From assembly GCA_951406725.2 (NCBI GenBank), contig OX597814.1, positions 128,402,001-128,466,000 of the forward strand: a stretch of 64,000 bases of DNA, read 5' to 3'. This document shows, one piece after another, positions 12,160 through 25,379 of this stretch. Within the stretch, counting starts at the first letter, position 1, and each line of letters begins with the position of its first letter. Source of the DNA: Octopus vulgaris. Taxonomy: Eukaryota. The translations under genes and the position numbers were made by a program. The notes under the pieces are model-generated. The model saw only the letters and a program-made list of their open reading frames with translations, was not told the origin of the DNA and ran no database searches.

Positions 12160-14498
12160 ATATAAAGATCTGGGGAAAATTAGTGGACAAGTGTCTTCGT
12201 ATGTACAGCCCCATGCTAATAATGTAACGGTGCAGAAAATGTGTAACAATTCTATTATATGAAAGCACTACATTAATCTTTCGATTGTTTTATTCCTATG
12301 AAAAACAGATCATATCGACGTTGAAAAAGTAAAATAAGTTCATTTCTAAGCCACGTGACCCAGTATAGCCAAAACCGATTGGCAGAAACAGTAAAAGAAT
12401 AAGAGTTTGTATGGAGCGTCATGTCATTAAGAGAGGAGATAAAAACAGCCTTTCCTAAGAATATTAACAACGTAAGCGAAAGGAAAATAATCTAAATTGG
12501 TATCGAAACAGAACTGCAGACATACTTCTACATCGCGACATCCAGCATAAAAAGTACAATTACAGATATGTAACACGCATCTAATTCTAACCAAATCAAA
12601 GTAAAATAACCAACAAGAAAATCTAGCTTTCCGTTTAAGAAATACATCAACCAACTGCAATTTTAGTATGACGACGTGCTTCCGTTATCAACATTCAATA
12701 TTTTACTGAGAATCTTCAATTTCTGGCCCTTTGTTATGTCATGACCTAGCGCTTCTCTCTTCTACAGATATTAAAGTGGATTTTAATATCCACTCTAATG
12801 GTAATTAAAAGAAAATTGCAGCAGCACATCATGTCTTGGAATAGAAGGTAGAACCCGTTTTCTGCTTCTGATTTCCTATTGTGTGTCTCTCTTTTAAGTG
12901 TGACACCAGATAGTCTATGTATTTCTACATTTCAAGGGCAGAAGACATCTTGTGGGTATTATCTTACGTCATACGTAACCACTTCAAGGTTTAATATTAA
13001 GTTCATTCCTTCATTATTACCTGAGATATCACCACGTGCAATGACCAATGCCTCTCACTGAACATTCACAAATATCAATGCACTCACAAAATTTCTCATA
13101 TCAACATCAAGCAGGGAGAGAAAAGTAAAAGACTCATCCATTAATCTTATTCGAAAGTTGATCATTGCAATTAAGATGTAATGAGCTCACACCTACATAA
13201 TAATAACTATTAACTAGTCACCATACTCTTTTTTTAAATACTTTTTTCCTGTCAAAAGTCAATTAAATGTTTACTATGGAAATTTTCTTGGAAGCCGAAT
13301 TCATTTTGAACCAGAAACAAACTCTCAGCACGCATCCTAGTCTTTTCCAGGAATAGAATAAAGATGAGTGCAACTCGCACCGAGTGCTTATGTGTCAATT
13401 TAAAATATACGTTTGCCTGAGCTATCTCAGATAATTATTTGTTATCCCTGCTTTAAGGGGATAATCCTTCACTGCCAGTTCTTGCCAGCTTTCAGCTTTT
13501 AAAATCAATTACAAAATTGATTCACATTCACCGATCACTCTTAAAAATATTCACGAACAGAAAGAGAAATCTTGATAAATTTCTTGTTATACCTCAAAAT
13601 TTTTATCATTCAAGATTTCTTAACTTCATTAAATCAATCCAATGCAACAAGAACAAGAAGAAAACATTGCATGAAATGCAGTGTATGACGATTACTAACT
13701 GTATATAACCCCCACCTCCAGTCATCGTAGCTTCAATTTGTTGCTCTACTTCAATTGAAAAGTGACTTTATTCCCCAAAATTTTATCTATCCAGTGAGAG
13801 ATTGTCTCACTAATTTCATATTTCATGTTACATTTTAAATTTCACAGGGCAAAATGCAATTTCAATCATCTTACTCAAAGAGATTACATGTAAACTTCAT
13901 TCAAAGTTAATTTCATATCATGTTATTATGTTTGTAAATCATACAATTCCATTAAATACTTAATAAAATTTTGCGGCTATTTTTACCTAAAAAAAAAGTG
14001 AAATAAAAAATAAAAACGTTTGTGTGAATATGTTCTTTTTTAATTTTGTTAATGTGAAAAGTACATGTTGTCATCAATAACTTGTATAAATCGATCGATA
14101 CCCCAAAACCACTCGGTAGTTTGAGTGCTAAGCCTGTTTCATCCATTCATTAGCATAAACAGCCACTCTCCCACAAAGATCGTTATTCCCAGATTATATG
14201 TCCCGTGTAATGTGGGAATCGATTAAAATAAAGAGATGTATGTTCTGTAATTCTCACCATCATAGATATTCTGATTGTGCAGGGTGCGACAAAAAAAGAA
14301 AGTAAAAGAAAAGAGCCTCCCAGATTCAACATTCTTGATAAACGTTTCATAAGTAAACACAGTGTGCACCAGTCCAAGCTATGATGGTAACCGAAAGAAA
14401 ACTACTCGTTAACTCAATGAAGATATCCTTACTATCCGCTTAAATTCACTGGCGTCACACTAATGCGAAGTTCTTTTGTCGCAACCAGTATAAATTCC

Positions 14499-15110
14499 AG
14501 ATCTTTTCCTTTCGAACGGCAGATTCGTATACTGGTAGTATGTGTCAAAATAAACATTTTTTTCTCTTGGCTTTCTTGAGAAAATTGTAATTTGTTTGTT
14601 TAACGTAGTTTAATTTTTCGAATTTTAACCAATCCTATGCTCTCTTTTGAGCTAAAATCACTTGCTGCTTCTAAAATTGAGATAACATCCAGTAACTAAC
14701 CCTAAACCTCCCCCTAACCCTAACCCTAACCCAACATTTTTTTTTTTCGTAATTGTTAAATTAATTTAATTGTTACGCGTGTAAAAAAAACTAAAGCAAT
14801 GGAATTAAATTAATTTAACAATTAAGAAAAAAAATTAAGGTTAGGGTTAGGGGGGAGGTTTAGGGTTAGTTACAGGATGTCTCAGTTTTAGACGCAGCAA
14901 ATGATTTTAGTTGAATGGAGGTAATCGATTGGTTAAAATTGCCGAAATACTCGGATTTTCAGACGAAATATCTTACAAACTATAGAATTTTCTCAATAAA
15001 ACCAAGAGAAAATGATGTTTTATAAACACATTCTACCAGTATACGAAGTTTAAAAGTGTTTAGTTAACTAGAAATTGTGTTGACATCTGCCGTTCAAAAG
15101 GAAAAGATCC
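14499..15110. mobile_element. 612-bp MITE with 8-bp TSD (TAAATTCC), possibly Merlin- or hAT-like, with internal inverted telomere-like repeats
   Basis: TIRs (a/g)gatcttttcctttcgaacggcagat / atctgccgttcaaaaggaaaagatcc. TAAATTCC at 14491-14498 and 15111-15118. The two halves are largely inverted copies. Confidence 0.85.
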
Positions 15111-16108
15111 TAAATTCCTTTCAAAGTTAAATTTCTGCAACCTTCAGAACAATTTTTTCCAATGTACAAATTTCTCTCTTTCTCTCTCTCTGCCTCTCTC
15201 CATCTATCTATCTATCTATTTATCTATCTATCTATCAATTCATTTCTCCCTCTTCTAGCTCCCTCCTCATTCTCATCTACCTTCCTCGTCCCCTCTCCCT
15301 CTCTCTCTTTCTCTTTCTCAAATTTATACAATGATTTTATCTTCTACATGAAGCATTCTTTCTGAGATAAAGCATATCCTTTCAATACCATACTGGAGCA
15401 TGGGATAGCTTGTACGTACTTGCTTGACCGTCTACAAATAGCAACCAAATCTCCCTCATATCACACCATGCCGTCTTGTAAAATAGCTTGGATAATGTAT
15501 CGCATGATAACACTGAAATGTCAGAACGGTTTTTGCTGGAAAGTCTTTAATACCAGAGATCGATCAATGCGAGTCTGAGCGGAAGCGAAACAGCTACCAC
15601 CATCACCATTACATTGATGATACCAGGAGTTGATGGCGAGGTAAAGTACAGTCATCATGGCTTTGAAATGTGGAATATTTAGAGGTTAGTGAAATTGAGA
15701 CAGGAGAAGATAGAAGATATAGAAAACAAAACCTCCTTCTACTAAACGTAATTTCAAAGGACTACGCGACGCCTATGATGAACAAAGGGATGGAGATAGA
15801 GAGCCAATGATAGGAGGGACAACTAGACCGTCCAGAAGTCCAACTTCTGTGAGTTACTGACCATATTTGTGGAAGGAGCAAGGCCCGTGTTCCAGTCGGA
15901 TTGAGGATGACATGATGATGTAATAGTACACAAAAGCCAAGCCTCGAAAGAGTGAAGACGACGAATGTTCGAGCTGAGCGATCAACGGAACAGCCTGTTC
16001 GTGAAATTAACGTGCACATGACTGAGCACTTCACAGACACGCGTACCCTTAACGTAGTTGTCAGGAAGATTCAGTGTGATACAGAAAATGACAACCTGGC
16101 CCTTTAAA

Positions 16109-16498
16109 TCTCTCTATATATAAAGCTGAAGTTGACTGTGTGACAGGTTTGGTAGCCTTCAACTAACACTATCTCCTCCGACACCCTGCGGCGCAAGTTG
16201 ACCAAAATTGAGAGTATGATAGAAGAAGGCTTGCTCTTCATTCTGTTGAAGATAAAATTCAAATCGGACCATGTTAAGACCAAAAATTATTTACATCAAA
16301 AAGGTACTTTTTTTCTATGAAAATACCGATTTTTTACGATTTTTTTACTGCTGTGTCGCCATTTTTCGGTGTATTTCAAACAGAAAAATATTTACTTAAA
16401 GAGAATAACAAGCTACATAATGCAAAATTTTTACTTTTCAAAAATTCCAATTCTAAAGGATCGAAACAAACCCGAGCAACGCCGGGCGATACTGCTAG
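16109..16498 (+). mobile_element. Non-autonomous Helitron, family A
   Basis: A|TC...hairpin...CTAG|T, no TSD. Confidence 0.82.
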
Positions 16499-16619
16499 TT
16501 ACAGATACAACTCATTTTTGGCAGCTTAGTAGACTGAAGCAACGTGAAATAAAGTGTCTTGCTCAAAGACACAACGAAGCACCGGGAATCAGCCTTCATT
16601 CGGGAAGCAAGTATCATTA

Positions 16620-18400
16620 TCAAGAAGCTGGAAGAGATGCTACGTGTGAGGTGTGTCAAAAAAGGAAGAAACCAAAAGTGAGATGTTTACTGATGCTTCA
16701 CATGTTCTACTCAGTAAGAAATAGAAGTATGAAATGTTCCGGATTCGGAGGAAATGTGCTAAGGTAAATTAGGATGCCGTTGACGAAAAAGTGCTTACGA
16801 ACTGATAAAAGTGCACTTGCACTGTTTGATGTTTTGAAAGAAGAGGCATAAAGACAATACAACGAACGGCTGCTGAATGCGAAGAAAATGTAGGGAAAAA
16901 AGGGATCTCATAGAAGGAGAAGCTATTGTCATTGACTGTTGCATTAAGGATATGAAGAGAGGGAAAGCAGTTGAACTGTTAGTGATAGTCTCCGAGAAGT
17001 GGAAAATATCTGGCGAAGCAGAACATACGTTGAGAACTCGTGAAAAGCAAGGGAGATAATTCTTTTATTAAAGTAACAATAGAAGCATTAAACTGATGGA
17101 CTGGGTCATAAAAGTATCAAAGAGAGTTATCAAGGAGAGAACTAACTTAAATGAAATGCAGTTTAGGCTTCTATCTGAACGTAAAACTACCAATCCCATC
17201 TTCCTAGTGATGCAACTACAAAAGAAGTTTTTAGTCAAGAACAAGTCATCATACCCAGTATTTGTTTACTTAGAGAAGACGTTTCACATAGTTCCACTCG
17301 ACTAGTCAGAACTGTGTAAGCTGTGATCAGTGATTCAGGGGTACAGTTAGCGAAATAAAAGTTAACAATGGGATCGATGATAAATTTAGTTTGCATGTAA
17401 GTGTCTAACGTCCATTAGAGTTTGGTTATTATACCTTTCCGGTTTCTAATACTTCTGTAAGTCATATATAAGAGTTGAAGACTGGTTGTCTGCCAAAAAT
17501 CCTGGACGCTGACGATTTGTTCTCATAGCCGAACGCGTTGAAGAAATATAGGAAAAGCTGCTTCATGAAATCAGAGCCTAGAATTCAGAAGCTCAAAGAT
17601 CAATTCAAAATGCCTTCATTAGCAGAAAAGAAAACAGAATACTACTACCAAATGGGAGGTGACAGTGCCCGACATGCAATGAAGGCAATAATTCTATGCA
17701 GGGTAACTAATATCAAAAACGGGTATACAACGGGTGAAGTGGGACCTCAAGCAGGATGACAGAGAAGAATCTCATATAAAGTAGATGTAGAGTAGTAGCG
17801 AGCAATAAGAGAGGCCAAGAAATGAAGTTTCTCAATTGACCAGAAATCTCGTTAAAAAAAACAGATAAGTTCTTTTATATGGGTGATTTAATCAACAATA
17901 GAGAAGGCACAGTAATGAGAGTAAAGACAGTGGGAAAAGTTCAAGGAGCTATTATCTCTTTGGAGGTTTCACTCTGTAAGTGACGTGTAGACATTAATGC
18001 TTTTGTACGAAGTGAGATGCTGCATGTGAGAGAGGCATAGGTGCTGAATGTAAAAGATTTACGAAGGCTGAAAAGAAATAAATGGGAGCATTCTACCTTA
18101 GGTGTAGAATATCCGTGTGTAAAAATGATAGAACACAAGCGTGCTGAAACAAAAAAAAACAAAAAAACTGGGCATCAGAATTATAATTATTCATGATTGA
18201 CAGTGTACAAAACACAAGACAGCGATAGGTATAAGAAGAAAGATAATTGGGTGAACAAGCGTCAAACGGTCGATGTAGAAAACTAAAAACGACGTACGTA
18301 GAAATTGTATGAACTGATCTCAAAGATGACAAGGTGGCGTGCATGCGGTGGGAACGTAAAAATGTGGACGATGATGGCGACAACGATGACGATGACAATG
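16620..18400 (+). mobile_element. Heavily decayed RTE-clade LINE
   Basis: NEMQFRLLSERKTTNPIFLVMQLQKKF...VFVYLEKTFHIVP resembles RTE RT (QFGF..STTDAIF..LQEK..FVDLEKAFD). A DADD-like catalytic motif lies at ~17504-17516; many stops and frameshifts; (GAY)n-like tail. Confidence 0.8.
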
Positions 18401-18475
18401 ATCTTAGTAAGCCCAGACAATTATAATCTTATTAACTTATTTCAGATATATTGACATAATTTAAAAAATAAAGTT

Positions 18476-18986
18476 TATATATATAAAACTGTAGTTGTGT
18501 GAGTGTCTGTCCCCTTCGATTTAGATTCCTAACTACTCCCACATTTTGCGGTGCAGTTTAACCAAATTCGGGTATCTTATAGTCGTGATTCATATCGAGC
18601 CCCTCTGAGTATTAGCGCGCGTCTACGATGAGTCTACGATTTAAAAAATAATTTAATATCATTTTTTATTCCATTTTAATGCATAATTTTTCGTGTGTCG
18701 ATGGCGGCGGAGTTGGCGTCCATGGTCACACCTGCACCTGTTTGCTTCTCCCCCTTCTTCCCTCCCTCGTGAAGCTGTGGGGAAGGGAGTGTAAGGAAAT
18801 CAACGTCGTAAAGCGTTGTCAAGGAGACCAGCGTTCTTTTAGAACAACGACTTCATGGCTTGAAGACACCAAAACAGAAATGGCTAAGAAAGCCCGAATT
18901 GGCATCTATAAGGGAAGTAACTCTCTAAAAATGCTTATATAGTTATTTCCCTTACAAACCCGAGCAACGCCGGGCGATACTGCTAG
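18476..18986 (+). mobile_element. Non-autonomous Helitron, family B
   Basis: Different body from family A but the same 3' end, acaaacccgagcaacgccgggcgatactgCTAG; near-identical to 22532-23051. Confidence 0.8.
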
Positions 18987-20029
18987 TATATTATATAAAT
19001 TAATATGTAATATTACATCGATTTATAATATATAGTGCATTTAATATTATACATTATAATCTTACAACTCGACTTCGATGTGTTTACTAAATATTGGTCT
19101 CAAATTTTGGCACAAGGCCGGTAAGTTGTGAGGGAGGTGGTAAAGTTATTACATCGACCCCAGTGTTCTACTGGTACTTCTTTTATCAACCCCGAAAAGA
19201 TGAAAGGCAAAATCGACCTCGGCGTAATTTGAACTCAAAGACGGACATAACGCCACTGGGCAATTTGCCCAGCGCACTAACAATTGTCAGCTCGCCAACG
19301 AGTGTTTACTAAATATTATTTAACGGAGATCGCCGCGCGAATGCTTCTTCCCATAAGTTCATCGGATAAAGCCAGAAACTGGTCTCGAAGCCGCTATCAA
19401 GAACCCAACATCATCCCATCGGCGTTACAGTCAATGCTGCAATCATCCCTGCCACAGTTCCATTCCCAAAAGACCCAACTTTTGAGAAAACGAACTGGTC
19501 TGACGGCCAAGAAATTTTAGAAAGGAAGATCGTTCGTCTCCTAGCAGATTCTAAGAGTCATGTCAAATTCACCATGCTTTCTGTCCGCTTTCTGTCCTCT
19601 GCCAAACCCCTGGAGCTCAAAACACGATGTAGAGTTCAACAGAAGTACAAAAAAAAAAAAAAAAACTACGTAAAGAAATTGGAAATTATCGTATGACCAT
19701 TTCGCTTCGAAAAATCGAAAGAAGAGAAAAAACAAAAGTTTTCGAGAAATAGTAAAAATTAGGTATTTTATGCATATTTGTCTCATGAAGGTGCTGTAGA
19801 ATAACAATAATTAGTATTAGGAAATAATGATTTCTTTTTCTTCCATCGAATTACAGAATGAAGCAAGAAGGGTGTATGCAATATCATGAACATCGATATA
19901 TTACTGGCACTTATTTATCAGTACTTTCAGATGAGTGAACAAACAAAATAAAATGTTGAACATGGAAGAACCAGCTATGTAGTCGCACGATCTACAGGAA
20001 AAACGGACAAATCTTCGACTACCGTCCTG

Positions 20030-20067
<38 letters not shown>

Positions 20068-22102
20068 CTTCTCTCTCTCTCTCTCTCTCATTCACCCACT
20101 CACTCAATCACTTACTCTCTCACTCACACGTATTGATCATGTATAACTGAATACACGGGGCTAGAAGGCATCTAATAATAGGCCTGTTAGATCTGGGCTG
20201 ACTTGGGACTAAACGATACTCATAAATGCAAAGTTTACTTCGTCCTCAAATCACCTTTTTCGGGATAGCTCAGTCGACAGGACAGAATCTCTTATAAATA
20301 TTAAAGGCAAAGATCTGGTAGTGGACAATCCTCTCCAAGAATCTTATCGAGCATTAGGATAGTTACTTCCCCTTCTCTCATCAATTGACGTACCTTATAT
20401 ATATTCAGGAAAAACTTGTAACAGAAAAATCATTGTAACTGTTATGTTATTTCACAATTTATAACGTAAATTAAGGTGGTTCGTGATGTCAATGACTTAA
20501 TTTTCTATTCAACATTCTCTTCTGATGTATTTATTAATCTTTCAAACTTTGGCATCGGGTCAGAAATTTCAAAGCGAATGGAAGATTGATCACATCGAAC
20601 TTAGTGATCTGCTTGTATTTATTCTATCAATTCCGAAAGGATGAAAGACAAAGTCATCGTTGGCGGAATATGAAGGGGGCAAAAAACTAAAGAGTCGGAA
20701 GAAATGGCGCTAAGCTTTTTGTTTGACGTGCTGAGGACTCTGTAAGCTCGGAGCTTTTAATACATTTATTAATAATCCAAAATTAGCTACCTGGCATTCG
20801 AGCAAAACGACCCCAGGACTTATTCTTTGTAAGTCTAGTACTTATTCTATCGGTCTCTTTACTGAACCGCTAAGTTACAGGGACGTAAACACACCAGCAT
20901 CGGTTGACAAGCGATGTTGGGGGGACAAACACAGACACACACATATATATATATACATATATACGATGGACTTCTTTCAGTTTCCGTCTACCAAATCAAC
21001 TCACAAGGCTTTGGTCGGCCCGAGGCTATAGTAGAAGACACTTGCCCAAGGTGCCACGCAGTGGGACTGAACCCGGAACCATGTGGTTGGTAAGCAAGCT
21101 ACTTACCACACAGCCACTCCTGTGCCTATTTCTTTTAGTCGGCCCGAATCTTGCCCAAGGTCCCACCAGTGGGACTGAACCCAGAAACATGTGGTTGAGA
21201 AGCAAGCTTCTTATCACAGAGCCACGCCTGTGCCTTATGATAATTTCTTTAAAATGGAATCTTAAATTATTTTTATTTCATTTATTCTGCTACAGGAAAA
21301 CTTTTATTACCTTCACAGTGTTTACCATTTTACAAAATTAAACTAGAAAATTGGACAAAAAAGAGAACACAATCGAAAAAAAAAAACTTAAAAAGAAAAA
21401 AAGAGAAAGAAAAAAGTAAAAAAACAAAACAAATCACCACCTTGGGTTGAAAAGTTGGGGGCACTGGGAAACCTCTCTAATGGCTATTGAGGCACGCCAG
21501 CACTCTTGCAGTGTTGCCGCGGGTGATGGCGAGGCTGATGTGCTGAAACAGCCATGTCAGTTAAAAAAATCAAACGGTGATTTGCCGTGAGTTAGAATGA
21601 ATTGCCGTATTTTTTCCTGCTTTCGGTGTTTTGAGTTGAAATTCTGTCGAGGCCAGCTTTACTTTCATCCTTTCGAGACCGGTAAAAAAAAGTTATAGTC
21701 CGGAACAGTAGGTTGACTCAAACTATTCGAGAGCCGGGCAACATGCTTGTAGTATTAGGTGAGGCTCTTGGCTTTCTCAGATCTAGGGTGGCCGCCCGAA
21801 CAGCAGTACCCAATCCTTCGATTGCAAACATTCAAACCAGAACTTTGGTTTGAGGATAACACTCTCTCACTGACCTTGAAGAAAATGAGACTCGTGGTCG
21901 CTGACCGTGCTTCTCTGATTAAACAATCAAAAGTAAAATAGAAAAAAAATGAAGCAATTTGTGGTTTTGTAAAACTAAAGTTACGACAGTTATCTCCCTT
22001 CAAACAGCTTGCTACAATAAGATCCACACACACACTCACTCACTCACACACACATATACAAATACGCATGCTTGCATACATACATACATACATACATACA
22101 TA

Positions 22103-22174
<72 letters not shown>

Positions 22175-22370
22175 TACACACACACACATACATACATACA
22201 TACATACGTGTGTGTGTGTGTATATATACATACATACATACATACATACATATACTCGATTAGAGGGGATGATTAATTAATTTGCTATTAATAATTAATA
22301 ATTAACTTCCCAATCTCCATTTTCTTTTTCTTATATATATATATATATGTATAAACAGTAACTGCACGAC

Positions 22371-22504
22371 AATGTGAGGTATACTTGCCATCTCAATATG
22401 GCCAACCACTAAGGGTGGGTGTTACTGTAGCTTGGGGCTACAAGCTACAGTAACACCCACCCTTAGTGGTTGGCCATATTGAGATGGCAAGTATACCTCA
22501 CATT
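22371..22504. repeat. Perfect inverted repeat, 64-bp arms with a 6-nt loop
   Basis: 22371-22434 is the exact reverse complement of 22441-22504. Confidence 0.95.
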
Positions 22505-22531
22505 ATATATATATATATATATATATATATA

Positions 22532-23051
22532 CTAGCAGTATCGCCCGGCGTTGCTCGGGTTTGTAAGGGAAATAACTATATAAGCATTTTTAGAGAGTTA
22601 CTTCCCTTATAGATGCCAATTCGGGCTTTCTGAGCCATTTCTGTTTTGGCGTCTTCAAGCCATGAAGTCGTTGTTCTAAAAGAACGCTGGTCTCCTTGAC
22701 AACGCATTACGACGTTGATTTCATTACACTCCCTTCCCCACAGCTTCACGAGGGAGGGAAGAAGGGGGAGAAGCAAACACAGGTGCAGGTGTTTGAGCGT
22801 GGACGCCAACTCCGCCGCCATCGACACACGAAAAATTATGCATTAAAATGGAATAAAAAATGATGTTAAATTATTTTTTAAATCGTAGACTCATCGTAGA
22901 CGCGCGCTAATAGCCAGACGGGCTCGATATTAATCACGACTATAAGATACCCGAATTTGGTTAAGCTGCACCGCAAAATGTGGGAGTAGTTAGGAATCTA
23001 AATCGAAGGGGACAGACACTCACACAACTACAGTTTTATATATATAGAAGA
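22532..23051 (-). mobile_element. Non-autonomous Helitron, family B
   Basis: Inverted near-identical copy of 18476-18986 with 5' TC and 3' CTAG. Confidence 0.8.
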
Positions 23052-23055
23052 TATA

Positions 23056-23598
23056 TATAGCGTTATTCAAAAGCAGATTTCAAATTTATTTTAAAAACAA
23101 ACGGTAAGAGACACAAACACATTCTACATGTTTCTTGATAGGGAAAGGTTTAAAGTTTATGGCTGAACATGATCAACTGAATTAAGCCTCAAATAAAATA
23201 ATATTTGAATTTTGTTTTAATGTCTCGTTTTGTTCATTTTATTTAAAGTTGTATAATTTTCATTTGTGCAATCCTTAAGAAAAAAGACCACGCCGCAAGA
23301 AAAGTCTTTTTGTGTGCTGCAGTTTGAGAAATATGAATCGATTGTGCAAGTGCAACGTGTATTTCGCCGCCAATTCAATAAAAATCCACTTCGTCACACG
23401 CAAATTTACGAATGGCATAAAAATTTCAATGAAAAAGGTTGCATTTGTAAAGGGAAAAGCACCGGTGCTCATGTTGACTGCATATTACCTTAAAATAAAC
23501 TTTAAACCTTCCTCTATCAAGAAATATGTAGAATGTGTCTGTGTCCCTTACCGTTTGTTTTAAAAATAAATTTAAAATCTCTTTCATTTTGAATAACC

Positions 23599-23603
<5 letters not shown>
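23056..23603 (+). mobile_element. Internally deleted Tc1/mariner element with ~105-bp TIRs, retaining the N-terminal HTH (DUF4817-like)
   Basis: TIRs 23059-23160 / 23495-23600. Peptide TPQEKSFCVLQF..ESIVQVQRVFRRQF..IYEWHKNFNEKGCICKGKSTG. Confidence 0.8.
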
Positions 23604-23657
<54 letters not shown>

Positions 23658-24449
23658 TGCGTGTGTGTGTCTGTATGTCTGTATGTGTGTGTGTATATAT
23701 ATATATATCTTACTCTTTACTCTTTTACTTGTTTCAGTCATTTGACTGCGGCCATGCTGGAGCACCGCCTTTAGTCGAGCAACTCGACCCCGGGACTTAT
23801 TCTTTGTAAGCCCAGTACTTATTCTATCGGTCTCTTTTGCCGAACCGCTAAGTGACGGGGACGTAAACACACCAGCATCGGTTGTCAAGCAATGTTGGGG
23901 GGACAAACACAGACACACACACATATATATATACGATAGGCTTCTTTCAGTTTCCGTCTACCAAATCCACTAACAAGGCATTGGTCGGCCCGGGGCTATA
24001 GCAGAAGACACTTGCCCAAGATGCCACGCAGTGGGACTGAACCCGGAACCATGTGGTTGGTAAGCAAGCTACTTACCACACAGCCACTCCTGCGCCTATA
24101 TATATATTTCGTTTTGGGATTTGGTTTGCCAGATACTTTATGAGTTCGTGTGCTGAAGCATATTCTGTTGTGTCTGAGGAGAATCATTTTCTTTTTGTGC
24201 CTTATAATGTAACACACTCACCGGTAGAATTTCCACTTATTTCTTATTTTTATTTTCCTAAAATTTTCGTTGCGTCTTGCAACCTTTTTAATAGTCTTGA
24301 CATTTGTCCTCATCTTGTTTGTTCTTAACACAATGATTCGGATGATATACCCTCCAGCCTTCATCAAGTGTCTTGGGGAAACTTGAACTCGAAAACATAT
24401 GGTTAGGAAGTACAGCCACAATGAGAACCCAGGTTCAAAATTTCCCCAA

Positions 24450-24495
24450 GACACCTGATGAAGGCTGGAGGGTATATCAGCCGAAACGCTGTGTT
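24450..24495 (+). ncRNA. Minimal Penelope-type hammerhead motif (cleavage triplet mutated); inverted decayed copy at ~24326-24372
   Basis: GACAC-CUGAUGA-A-GGCUG-(10 nt)-CAGCC-GAAAC-GCU-GUGUU. Confidence 0.65.
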
Positions 24496-24631
24496 AACAA
24501 CAAACAAGATGAGGACAAATATCTGTCAATAGTAAATAATGTAAATAACGTACATCTCTATGTAGTTTGACATCAGGAAGATATCACTGACCCACAACAC
24601 CACTCTCTTTTGAAAACACAAGGATTGTATG

Positions 24632-25285
24632 TAGGGTTCGAACTCGCTCACTTTTCGTGAACATGATATTGCTCGCGAACGCATCTTTATGAAAAGCATG
24701 GTGCAAGGTCAAAACGTTAGTTAACTCATAGGGTGTAAAAAGCATCCAAATTTACCGGCCTATCATTCGTTTCCCGAACGCAGTAAGCATGCCAAGACTG
24801 ACACAAAATCAGAGGGAGCAAGCCATGCTGGTCAATGTCCATTGCTAATGGCTTAAACTGCAGTATTCACACAAGTGAGCGGCTGAAGGAACGATACAAT
24901 GGCACAAACAGCACAGATGATCGTCCTCGCAGCTGCCGACCGAGGGTTACAACGGCACGTCAAGATCGCTACCTGCACCGACAGCACTTGCAGGACCGAT
25001 TCCCGGGGGAAGGGGACAACTGAATCCGTTAAACAGACTATAGAGAGTCCCTACAGACCTATTTGTGCAGAAACAGTTCGCCGCCGGATGAGATCTTTCA
25101 ATCTGTCTTGTCGACGTCAGAACTGGCAATATCATCAGAGGTGGAATGTAGCATTCTCTGACGAAAGTCGATATTCCATTTCTGTAGCGGGTGGCAGAGC
25201 TAGGATTTGGAGAAGGGGTAAACGTCATGCCGATAGCTGTGTGACGGAGAGAGACTCATGGGGAGGACAGAGCATCATGGGGAGG
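24632..25285 (+). mobile_element. Tc1 transposase remnant (5' half)
   Basis: MPRLTQNQREQA, DRPRSCRPRVTTARQDRY, ETVRRRMR, VAFSDESRY, GGQSIM, spread across frameshifts. Confidence 0.85.
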
Positions 25286-25379
25286 ACAGAGCATCATGGT
25301 ACCAGTTGCGTATCGGGGTCGATCTAATCGACTGGGCCCCCTCCCCCAAAATTTCGGGCCTTGTGACTAGAGTAGAAAA

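Noticed and set aside
14690-14875. Opposed telomeric repeats as a chromosome-fusion scar
   Set aside because: They are short, sit symmetrically inside a TIR element with a TSD, and are oriented (CCCTAA then TTAGGG) opposite to an end-to-end fusion.
18679-18942. Recurrent 60-150 aa ORFs (e.g. 18679-18942, 22576-22827, 20904-21341, 56859-57320)
   Set aside because: Chance ORFs within non-autonomous Helitron and SINE copies.
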